A DNA stretch of 35,538 nucleotides from Chloroflexota bacterium (GTDB lineage: Bacteria > Chloroflexota > Anaerolineae > Anaerolineales > UBA4823), in NCBI GenBank assembly GCA_030669775.1, contig DAOVCZ010000002.1, positions 1-35,538 of the forward strand. Reading direction: 5' to 3'. The notes beneath the pieces are model-generated. The model saw only the letters and a program-made list of their open reading frames with translations, did no database searches and was not told the origin of the DNA. The translations under genes and the position numbers were made by a program. The number at the start of each line of letters is the position of its first letter. Within the stretch, counting starts at the first letter, position 1. Positions 26,684 through 34,753 of the stretch are shown one piece after another.

Positions 26684-27922
26684 ATGAGCTTGACATTGCT
26701 GCTTGATCTCGATGATACATGCTTGGGAAATAGCATGGATACTTTCATCCCTGCTTACCTGCAAGCATTGGGAGATCATCTCTCCGACTTTATCCCTCCA
26801 GAAGACCTGGCCCCAGCCCTTATGTCTTCAACCCAGGACATGTTTCATAACACACGACCTGACCGGACTTTAAAACAGGTCTTTGATCAATCTTTTTATA
26901 CAAAGCTGGGCATAGAGCCACATGATTTTACAGATCTTTTCGAATCTTTCTATATAGAAAAATTTCCTAGTTTAAAATATCTCACTCAGTTCCGCCCTGA
27001 AGCGGTGCACATGGTTGATGAGGCATATCAACGTGGCTATACAGTTGCCATCGCTACGAATCCATTATTTCCCTTGACTGCTATCCTGCAGCGCCTCGAA
27101 TGGGCTGGCTTATCACCAAATAAATACCCTTTTAGTTTGATCCCTTCCTACGAAACTGCTTATTTCGCCAAACCCAATCCAGCCTTCTTCACAGAGATTT
27201 TGTCGCGACTGGGGTGGCCTGAGGGACCAGTCGTCATGGTTGGTGATAACTTCGATCATGATATCGCCCCGGCTCGTATATTGGGACTCGGTACATTCTG
27301 GATCGCCAATAGTGAGCATACATCCGCAGATAGAACCCATTCCTCAAATGGGTATGGTGGTGTGGACCAGCTGCTTTCATGGATCGATTCTACTCCTGGT
27401 GAGGATCTGCTCCCCAATTACAATCGCATTGAATCAATGCTGGCAGTTTTACGCACCTCGCCAGCTGTTCTGAATGCTTTCTCCTGGGAGTTGAAGGCGT
27501 CAAACTGGGTGGAACACCCCCAACCCGGTGAATGGAGTTTCACAGAAATAATATGCCATTTGCGGGATGTAGATATGGATGTAAATCTACCTCGCATCGA
27601 TAAAATACTCACTGAACTCAATCCTTTCTTACCTGGTATCGATTCAGACAAATGGGCTGAAGAAAGATTATATTACTGCCAAAACGGTCTGGAAGCGCTC
27701 AGAGATTTCACCTCCTCACGAATTCAACTCCTAGATGCCTTGGATGAACTCAAACAGGAAGATTGGAATCGCCCTGCCCGGCATGCCATCTTCGGACCTA
27801 CAAGTTTAAAGGAATTGGTTAGTATTATCGTTGGTCATGACCGACTTCATGTCCAGCAAGCTTTCAGATCACTGGGGGAGATATCAGCCCATACGATGAG
27901 TGAATCCAGCCCTATAAAGTAG
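26684..27922 (+). CDS. HAD-superfamily hydrolase fused to a DinB-like domain
   Basis: HAD motif I LLLDLDDT, ATNP, and motif IV VMVGDNFDHDI. The C-terminal half (EWSFTEIICHLRDVD...IVGHDRLHVQQ) looks like a DinB_2 four-helix bundle with His ligands. ATG 26684 is preferred over TTG 26681. Confidence 0.75.
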   Translation: MSLTLLLDLDDTCLGNSMDTFIPAYLQALGDHLSDFIPPEDLAPALMSSTQDMFHNTRPDRTLKQVFDQSFYTKLGIEPHDFTDLFESFYIEKFPSLKYLTQFRPEAVHMVDEAYQRGYTVAIATNPLFPLTAILQRLEWAGLSPNKYPFSLIPSYETAYFAKPNPAFFTEILSRLGWPEGPVVMVGDNFDHDIAPARILGLGTFWIANSEHTSADRTHSSNGYGGVDQLLSWIDSTPGEDLLPNYNRIESMLAVLRTSPAVLNAFSWELKASNWVEHPQPGEWSFTEIICHLRDVDMDVNLPRIDKILTELNPFLPGIDSDKWAEERLYYCQNGLEALRDFTSSRIQLLDALDELKQEDWNRPARHAIFGPTSLKELVSIIVGHDRLHVQQAFRSLGEISAHTMSESSPIK

Positions 27923-28088
27923 CGGTTATTTCTGGTCGAGTTCTTCCATCCGCCTCCAATTTGAGAGCGTGGTGTTATATAACCTGCCTTTGTTTTATTA
28001 AATATGAGACTTGCATTTTGGCGATTGGAAAATAAGAGGAATAACCAATATTTTTACTGGATAAATCGAACGCCAGAAGGAGACTAGT

Positions 28089-29339
28089 ATGAATCAACGC
28101 ATTGTCATCACTGGACTTGGATGTATCAGCCCAATTGGTAATGATGTCGCAACAACATGGCAGAAACTCCTGGACAGTCAGTCTGGGGTTGCACCGATCA
28201 CTCATTACGACACGAGCGATTATGTATGCAAAATTGCTGCTGAAGTCAAGGAATTTGACGGTAGATCCTTATTCGGAGCTCGAGGAGCAAGACGAATGGA
28301 TCGTGGTACCCAGTTCGCCCTGGCAGCTGCTCAACAAGCAGTTCAAGATGCGAATTTAGTAATAAATGAAGCTAATCGAGAACGCATAGGAGCTGTGATC
28401 GGAACAGGTATCGGCGGAATCCAAACTCTATACGATCAATTTCATAATTTTATGAAACGAGGTCCCTCACGGGTGAGTCCATTCCTAGTGCCCATGATGC
28501 TTCCCGATACACCAGGGAGTACAATCGCGATCAATTTAGGCATTAGAGGCACCAACTTTGCTATTGTCACCGCCTGTGCTACCGGAACTAATGCAATTGG
28601 AGAGGCGAGTGAAATAATCCAACGAGGTCAAACAGATGTTATGCTGGCCGGTGGTTGTGATGCGGCTATTGTTCCACTTGCCATGGCTAGTCTTTCAAAG
28701 ATGGGAGCAATGTCCTCTTTCAATGGAGACCCAACCCGCGCCAGTCGTCCCTTCAATCTAGATCGAACCGGGTTTGTCATGGGGGAAGGTGCGGCTGTCC
28801 TGGTGCTCGAATCCTTTGAACACGCACAATCCAGAGGCGCGCAGATTCTGGCGGAATTAGTTGGCTACGGCAGCAACAATGATGCATTTCATATCTCAGC
28901 ACCAGCTGAAAATGGGGCTGGCGCGGCTCTCTGTATGCGCATGGCTCTCGATACTGCCAACATCACACCGACAGATATTGATTACATCAATGCACACGGG
29001 ACTGGGACGCCGCTTAATGACAAAAGTGAAACCGCAGCGATAAAAACTGTCTTTGGTGAAGACGCCTATCAGATCCCAGTTTCCTCTACCAAGTCAATGA
29101 CTGGGCATTTATTGGGTGCTGCGGGAGCTCTAGAAGCCTTGTTTGCTATCAAGGTCATCCAGGACAGCGTCATGCCGGCAACCATTAACTATGAAATCCC
29201 AGATCCCGAATGTGATTTAGATTACATCCCTAACCAACCTCGCCCCAAGGAAGTTGAATATGTCATGTCGAACTCCTTTGGATTTGGTGGTCATAATGCC
29301 ACCCTTATTCTGAGAAAATTTGAAGAGGCGAAATTATGA
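28089..29339 (+). CDS. fabF: beta-ketoacyl-ACP synthase II
   Basis: 416 aa. Active-site Cys in VTACATGTNAIG, His in INAHGTGTP and SMTGHLLGAAG, C-terminal SNSFGFGGHNATL. Confidence 0.92.
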   Translation: MNQRIVITGLGCISPIGNDVATTWQKLLDSQSGVAPITHYDTSDYVCKIAAEVKEFDGRSLFGARGARRMDRGTQFALAAAQQAVQDANLVINEANRERIGAVIGTGIGGIQTLYDQFHNFMKRGPSRVSPFLVPMMLPDTPGSTIAINLGIRGTNFAIVTACATGTNAIGEASEIIQRGQTDVMLAGGCDAAIVPLAMASLSKMGAMSSFNGDPTRASRPFNLDRTGFVMGEGAAVLVLESFEHAQSRGAQILAELVGYGSNNDAFHISAPAENGAGAALCMRMALDTANITPTDIDYINAHGTGTPLNDKSETAAIKTVFGEDAYQIPVSSTKSMTGHLLGAAGALEALFAIKVIQDSVMPATINYEIPDPECDLDYIPNQPRPKEVEYVMSNSFGFGGHNATLILRKFEEAKL

Positions 29340-30442
29340 GTCCCCGCTTTGCACATATTACCGGGTGGGGAATGGCAGTTCCAGATAAGGTCCTCACGAA
29401 TGACGATCTGGTGAAAATGGTCGACACAAATGATGATTGGATCATCTCGCGGACTGGTGTTCGCGAACGGCGAATTGCAGGTTCTGATCAATCAACCGCT
29501 TCACTCGCCTCAGATGCAGCCATGCGTGCCTTGGAGGTCGCCAATGTCCATCCCGGTGACCTCGATATGATTATTCTTTCCACATCTACACCAGAGTATA
29601 TTTTTCCTGCAACAGCCTGTTTGGTACAAGATCAAATCGGCGCGGGAAAAGCTGGCGCGTTTGACCTGCTCGCTGCCTGCACCGGGTTTCTGTATGCATT
29701 AAACCTGGGTTCCCAAGCCATTAAATCTAACGGCGCGGAAAACATCCTGATCATTGGGTCAGAAACCCTCTCCAGAGTAGTAAATTGGAAAGACCGCAAT
29801 ACCTGCATATTATTTGGAGATGGGGCCGGAGCCTTTGTCTTGCAAGCCAGTGATGAACCAGGTGGGATTCTCTCCGCGGTGTTGCGCTCGGATGGCTCGG
29901 GTGGAGATCTGCTCTCCGTTCCTGGAGGTGGCAGTCGTCACCCTGCTAGCATGCAAACCCTTTATGATGGTCTCCATTACATTCAAATGAATGGTCGTGG
30001 AGTATTTCGCTTCGCCACCCGAGTCATGGCTGAGGCAACCCAACAAACCGTTGAATCTGCCCAATTGACTATGGATGACATCCAGCTGCTCATTCCACAT
30101 CAAGCCAATCAACGCATCATTGAGGCTGCTGCCCGCAGGTTAGATTACCCCATGGAACAGGTCATGGTCAATGTGGATCGATACGGGAACACTTCCACGG
30201 CCTCAATCCCCATCGCTACCGTTGAAGCCTTAGAGCAAGGACGCTTGAAACCAGGTGACAACACGGTCATGGTGGCTTTCGGCTCCGGTTTGACCTGGGG
30301 TGCAGTTTTAGTCCAATGGTCTGGCCCCATACCCTTCCAGCGCAAGGTAAGCCCACGCAAGGTCCGCTGGTTTGCTCGGACAAGGTCATTACTAGCCCGA
30401 CTGCGAAGACGAATCGAAGGTCTTTTATGGGGCAGCGAATGA
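29336..30442 (+). CDS. fabH: beta-ketoacyl-ACP synthase III with ~40-aa basic C-terminal extension
   Basis: ATGA overlap with fabF. Contains DDWIISRTGVRERRIA, Cys in LAACTGFLYAL, HQAN, GNTSTASIP. The canonical end GSGLTWGAVLVQW is followed by SGPIPFQRKVSPRKVRWFARTRSLLARLRRRIEGLLWGSE. Confidence 0.9.
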   Translation: MSPRFAHITGWGMAVPDKVLTNDDLVKMVDTNDDWIISRTGVRERRIAGSDQSTASLASDAAMRALEVANVHPGDLDMIILSTSTPEYIFPATACLVQDQIGAGKAGAFDLLAACTGFLYALNLGSQAIKSNGAENILIIGSETLSRVVNWKDRNTCILFGDGAGAFVLQASDEPGGILSAVLRSDGSGGDLLSVPGGGSRHPASMQTLYDGLHYIQMNGRGVFRFATRVMAEATQQTVESAQLTMDDIQLLIPHQANQRIIEAAARRLDYPMEQVMVNVDRYGNTSTASIPIATVEALEQGRLKPGDNTVMVAFGSGLTWGAVLVQWSGPIPFQRKVSPRKVRWFARTRSLLARLRRRIEGLLWGSE

Positions 30443-30472
30443 AATAAGTAAGTTCTTAAACAGATTTTTGCT

Positions 30473-30501
30473 GAGGGTACACTCTGCTGTACCCTCATTT
30501 T
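30473..30501 (+). terminator. intrinsic terminator after fabH
   Basis: GAGGGTAC-actctgct-GTACCCTC followed by ATTTT. Confidence 0.6.
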
Positions 30502-30624
30502 CATATATTTGACTCGTGGAATCTTGAAAACTGACCCAAATGCCTCCAATTATCGACCATTCAGCTGATAAAATGGTAATTGTTAGAACGACGTTAGAAT
30601 TTTGATAATTAGGTAATTTCCATG

Positions 30625-30653
30625 TACCTGTCAACGTCAGAGATTGGTATAAT
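30625..30653 (+). promoter_or_regulatory. extended -10 promoter for ftsH
   Basis: TGgTATAAT at 30645-30653, with a weak -35 TACCTG 17 nt upstream. 43 nt before the GTG start. Confidence 0.4.
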
Positions 30654-30695
30654 GATTATGAAATCTGCGGTCTGACAACAATTTTGGAGGTATCT

Positions 30696-32573
30696 GTGAA
30701 TCCGACCCGCAACCGTTCATCAATAATTTACCTGCTGTTATTTGTTGCCATCATTGTCATGGTGGTTTATCAATTCCAACAGCAGGCTACCACCCAAGAA
30801 ACTTTGACCATTAATGAACTAGCTGCTGACATACAAAATGGTAAAGTAAATCGCGTCATTGAAGATGATAATCAACTACGCGTGACCTATGCTGATGGTA
30901 CTGAAAGAGACTCACAAAAAGAGTCCGATGCCACCCTTATTCAACAGCTAAAAGAGCTCGGTGTTACTACCGCAGCGCTCTCCCCAGAAAGCATCAAAAT
31001 TGAGGTCAAGCCACCCAGCGCATGGTTAGGCATCGCCACCGCCCTGGGCTATTTTATCCCCTTCATCCTGTTAGCTGGTGTGTTCTGGTTTGTCTTCCGC
31101 CAGGCGCAGGGGAGCAACAACGCCGCGATGTCCTTTGGGAAATCTCGAGCCCGCATGTTCACGGGCGATCACCCGTCTGTTACATTTGAAGATGTGGCTG
31201 GTATCGAAGAAGCAAAAGAAGAATTGGAAGAAGTGGTTGAATTCTTACGAGAACCAGAAAAATTCATATCACTCGGCGCGCGTATTCCCAAAGGTGTATT
31301 ACTCGTTGGACCACCAGGCACCGGCAAGACCTTGTTAGCCAAGGCGGTTTCTGGTGAGGCCGCTGTGCCCTTCTTCTCAATTTCTGGCTCCGAATTCGTC
31401 GAGATGTTCGTTGGTGTTGGTGCCAGCCGTGTGCGAGACCTTTTCGAACAGGCAAAGCGCCACTCGCCTTGTATCGTGTTCGTTGACGAGATCGATGCTG
31501 TCGGTCGCCAGCGTGGTGCTGGTCTTGGTGGCAGTCATGACGAACGTGAGCAAACTTTAAATCAGATGTTGGTGGAGATGGATGGTTTTGACACCGACAC
31601 GAACGTGATCATCGTCGCCGCCACGAACCGACCAGATATCCTCGACCCAGCTCTTCTGCGACCTGGACGTTTTGACCGGCGTGTTGTACTGGATCGACCC
31701 GATATGCGCGGTCGAGAAGCTATCCTGCGGGTCCATGTCAAGGGTAAGCCTCTCTCTCCAGAGGTCGATCTCGCTGTTTTGGCTCGATCCACCCCGGGCT
31801 TCGTCGGAGCAGATATCGAGAACCTGGTAAATGAAGGCGCTATCCTTGCTGCCCGGCGCAACAAGAAAGTCATCGATCAGACCGATCTTGAGGAATCCAT
31901 CCTGCGTGTCATCGCTGGTCCTGAACGCAAGAGCCGCTTGATCACTGAAGAAGAAAAGCGCATTATCGCCTATCACGAAGCTGGACACGCTATCGTCGCC
32001 AACTCCATTCCTGAAGCAGATCCTGTCCACAAGGTTTCTATCACTTCCCGGGGTATGGCTGGCGGCTTCACGATCATGCTGCCCAAGGAAGACCGCACCC
32101 TGATGTCACGCAAGAAACTTTACGCTGATATGGTAGGTCTGTTAGGCGGTCGGGCAGCTGAATACATTGTCTTCGACGATATCACTTCAGGTGCTTCAAA
32201 CGATCTCGAACGTGTCACCCGCATGGCCCGTTCTATGGTCACTCGCTTGGGCATGAGCTCAGAACTTGGACCCATGGTTTATGGTAAGAAAGAAGAGATG
32301 ATTTTCCTGGGTCGTGAAATATCTGAGCAGCGTGATTACTCTGAAGATGTTGCTCAGCAGATCGACCAAGAGGTACGCAAATTGGTCAGTGAAGCTTACG
32401 AGCATTCCAAATCAATCATCATCCAATATCGAGATAAACTGGACACAATCGCTCTGCGTTTGCTGGAGGTTGAAACGATTTCCCGCGAAGAATTCGAGGA
32501 GATGTTCCCAACACCTGTACCGAAGATCAGCGGAACGCCAGTTCCTCAATCAGCTGTCCCACAGATGGCGTAA
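30696..32573 (+). CDS. ftsH: ATP-dependent zinc metalloprotease FtsH
   Basis: GTG 30696 has GGAGG 5 nt upstream (the ORF-track TTG 30684 is in the same frame). Two TM segments, Walker [17 protein letters not shown] region, zinc motif HEAGHAIV. Confidence 0.95.
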   Translation: MNPTRNRSSIIYLLLFVAIIVMVVYQFQQQATTQETLTINELAADIQNGKVNRVIEDDNQLRVTYADGTERDSQKESDATLIQQLKELGVTTAALSPESIKIEVKPPSAWLGIATALGYFIPFILLAGVFWFVFRQAQGSNNAAMSFGKSRARMFTGDHPSVTFEDVAGIEEAKEELEEVVEFLREPEKFISLGARIPKGVLLVGPPGTGKTLLAKAVSGEAAVPFFSISGSEFVEMFVGVGASRVRDLFEQAKRHSPCIVFVDEIDAVGRQRGAGLGGSHDEREQTLNQMLVEMDGFDTDTNVIIVAATNRPDILDPALLRPGRFDRRVVLDRPDMRGREAILRVHVKGKPLSPEVDLAVLARSTPGFVGADIENLVNEGAILAARRNKKVIDQTDLEESILRVIAGPERKSRLITEEEKRIIAYHEAGHAIVANSIPEADPVHKVSITSRGMAGGFTIMLPKEDRTLMSRKKLYADMVGLLGGRAAEYIVFDDITSGASNDLERVTRMARSMVTRLGMSSELGPMVYGKKEEMIFLGREISEQRDYSEDVAQQIDQEVRKLVSEAYEHSKSIIIQYRDKLDTIALRLLEVETISREEFEEMFPTPVPKISGTPVPQSAVPQMA

Positions 32574-32589
32574 TCTGACACATCAATCA

Positions 32590-32632
32590 GGCGCGGAACA
32601 AAATCATTTAAAATGTTCCACGCCTTTTTTTT
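32590..32632 (+). terminator. intrinsic terminator after ftsH
   Basis: GGCGCGGAAC / GTTCCACGCC stem (one mismatch), 15-nt loop, then T8. Confidence 0.7.
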
Positions 32633-32662
32633 ATTAATACCCCTGCTGGAATAAAGTAATAA

Positions 32663-32812
32663 ATGGCAAATAACCAAGGTTCCCTATTTACTGATGGTCA
32701 AGCCAACACAACCTTCTACGAACAAGAGAAACCCGGCTACTTAAGAATCGCCGGTGACGACCGGCATGCCTTTCTCCAACGTCAAACGTCCATTCCACCA
32801 ACCTGGGAATGA
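32663..32812 (+). pseudogene. N-terminal stub of a GcvT/YgfZ-family folate-binding protein
   Basis: 49-aa ORF MANNQGSLFTDGQANTTFYEQEKPGYLRIAGDDRHAFLQRQTSIPPTWE*. The block YLRIAGDDRHAFLQRQTS resembles the conserved N-terminal motif (xGxDxxxFLQxxxTND) of proteins that are about 330-370 aa. Only about 90-130 nt remain before the next gene. Confidence 0.45.
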
Positions 32813-32940
32813 ACTGGTCATTCACGTTGAAGAACAGAGCATTACCGCTGCGACTACCGCTCTTCCCTTCCAGTAGAATCCTCTGACTCTACTTAGAATT
32901 GCACCTTTCTCTGTCTACGTCATCCAAAGAGCCTGAAAAA

Positions 32941-33714
32941 TTGAACGATCAATCCCCTTTCCGCGGAAAAATCGTCTTAGTCACCGGTTCAGGCCGGGGT
33001 ATTGGCCGTGCAATCGCCTTGCATTTTGCCAGTCAAGGCGCGCAAATTGTGGTTAATTTCTTCCGCAACCGGACTCCCGCAGAAGAGACGGCTGCAGCGA
33101 TTCGTAAACTCGGCCAATAAGCGCTGGTTGTGAAAGCAAATGTGGGCACCGATGATGGACTAGATCATCTTTTCAACGAAGTTTAAAAGCACTTCGGCGC
33201 TTTAGATTTTATGATTTGCAACGCCACCTCTGGCTACAATCACCCAGTGCTACAGCAAAAACCTAGGGGCTGGGATTGGACGATGAACATCAACGCGCGC
33301 TCCCTGCTCTTTGCCACCCAACGCACAGTCCCATTGATGGGCAAACGGGGTGGTGGTGCCATAGTCAGCATCTCCAGCCCGGGTTCTTTCCGTGTTCTTC
33401 CGGATCATGTCGTTGTTGGTGCAAGCAAGGCAGCCCTGGAAGTGCTCATCCGTTATCTGGTAGTCGAGCTGGCTGAAAAGAACATCGTTGTCAACGTAGT
33501 CTCCCCCGGAATAGCCGAGACAGAAGCAGTGCATCATTTTGATTCTGCTCAAAGGGAAGATCTGATCGATTCGGTAATCAGCCGGACTCCAGCTGGTCGC
33601 CTGGTGACCCCAGAGGATATCGCTCAAGTTATCGCCTTCCTGTGCAGTCCGGATGCCAGCATGATTCGTGGCCAGGTGATCTTAATCGATGGGGGTTATA
33701 CCCTTCTGGAATAA
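32941..33714 (+). pseudogene. FabL-like SDR enoyl-ACP reductase with two in-frame TAA codons
   Basis: One frame reads ...FRGKIVLVTGSGRGIGRAIA...AIRKLGQ*ALVVKANVGTDDGLDHLFNEV*KHFGALDFMICNATSG...WDWTMNINARSLLF...SISSPGSFRVLPDHVVVGASKAALE...IRGQVILIDGGYTLLE. The stops are at 33118-33120 and 33184-33186. There is no ATG at the 5' end; TTG 32941 or TTG 32899 are possible starts. Confidence 0.75.
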
Positions 33715-33903
33715 ATTCCACAAAAGAAAAACCGCCCGTTACTACCGATTGTTAGAGGGCGTTTGCACCTATATCTATCGTCACCAATTCATTTGGGGGT
33801 CTTGTGAGTCACACAGCCCAGGGGAGAACCAATACCTGAGCAGGATTTCGGTATTCGGTTTCCTCGAACTTACATCTAAATAGTTTATGAGCCAGGCTTT
33901 ACC

Positions 33904-34536
33904 TCAAACTCCGATCAAGATCACTCGCGCCGGCGCGCCATCCGAATTTGCCAATTTTAATGGTAAGCAATAAATTGTATATCGCCCCTGGGATACCTCA
34001 GAGAGATCTAATCCCTCAACAATCACCACTCCTGCTTCCAATAGCTTTTCATGGGTCGGGCGGCTGTTCTTAAAAGGGGCGACGGAGAGATAATCCACGC
34101 CCACCAGTTTCACCCCACGTCTGACCAGATATTCAGCACCATCTTCACTGATACCTACGAAATCAGTCTGAAAACCTGGCTCCTCTTTTACCCACAGGTC
34201 TGAATTGCGGGTTTTGAATAGCACTCGGCGAGTACGGGGGGGAATTTGCGCCTCTTCAAGCACCGCAGCTGTGATCACTTCCACATCAGGTAAATGTAAG
34301 ACATAAGCCCGACCAGTGAGTAAACTGAGATTGAGTTTATCGACGGTGATACCATCCTGCAGAAAGTGGAATGGAGCGTCAACATGCGTTCCTGTGTGGA
34401 CTCCCATATCCACACGCGAGACGTTGGCGTTAGACCCATCTTCGATCTTTTCCACCCGCTCAAGTTCCACCCCGGGATCACCTGGCCAGGTAGGCAGGTC
34501 AGGTGAGATGGTCAATGTAATATCATATGTACGCAT
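33904..34536 (-). CDS. cyclase-family protein (kynurenine formamidase-like metal hydrolase)
   Basis: 210 aa, containing HTGTHVDAPFHF and VGVDYLSV, as in the putative-cyclase family. Confidence 0.8.
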   Translation of the reverse strand: MRTYDITLTISPDLPTWPGDPGVELERVEKIEDGSNANVSRVDMGVHTGTHVDAPFHFLQDGITVDKLNLSLLTGRAYVLHLPDVEVITAAVLEEAQIPPRTRRVLFKTRNSDLWVKEEPGFQTDFVGISEDGAEYLVRRGVKLVGVDYLSVAPFKNSRPTHEKLLEAGVVIVEGLDLSEVSQGRYTIYCLPLKLANSDGAPARVILIGV

Positions 34537-34675
34537 AGTTATTCTCCATCAGATGGTATGCGGATAAGAATCCGGGTCATGATCAAAGTATATATTAGGG
34601 TTTGGGAAAAAGCAACAAAATCAATTCCTCATATCGTGAATAGATAATTACACTTACCTCTTTATGAATTGACCC

Positions 34676-34706
34676 TTGACTCTCCCCTAACGGGAGGTTG
34701 TATACT
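34676..34706 (+). promoter_or_regulatory. MerR-type promoter with 19-bp spacer and internal dyad
   Basis: TTGACT (34676-34681), 19-nt spacer, TATACT (34701-34706). The spacer contains CTCCC-ctaac-GGGAG (34682-34696). 48 nt upstream of the MerR-family gene. Confidence 0.55.
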
Positions 34707-34753
34707 TCTGGGTAAAGCCTTTCAAGTATTATTCCCAACTGTGGAGAGACTGA

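Noticed and set aside
28004-28087. 27-codon uORF ending 1 nt before the fabF ATG
   Set aside because: No SD and no recognisable leader-peptide logic. Probably a chance ORF in AT-rich leader DNA.
31557-32030. 157-aa and 103-aa minus-strand ORFs inside ftsH
   Set aside because: They are antisense shadows of a highly conserved gene. The same applies to the track ORFs inside lon (e.g. 17921-18277, 18530-18964), the ABC genes, recA and the PHP gene.
32590-32624. GAAC...GTTC in the ftsH terminator as a second LexA box
   Set aside because: The half-sites are 15 nt apart and form the stem of an obvious intrinsic terminator.
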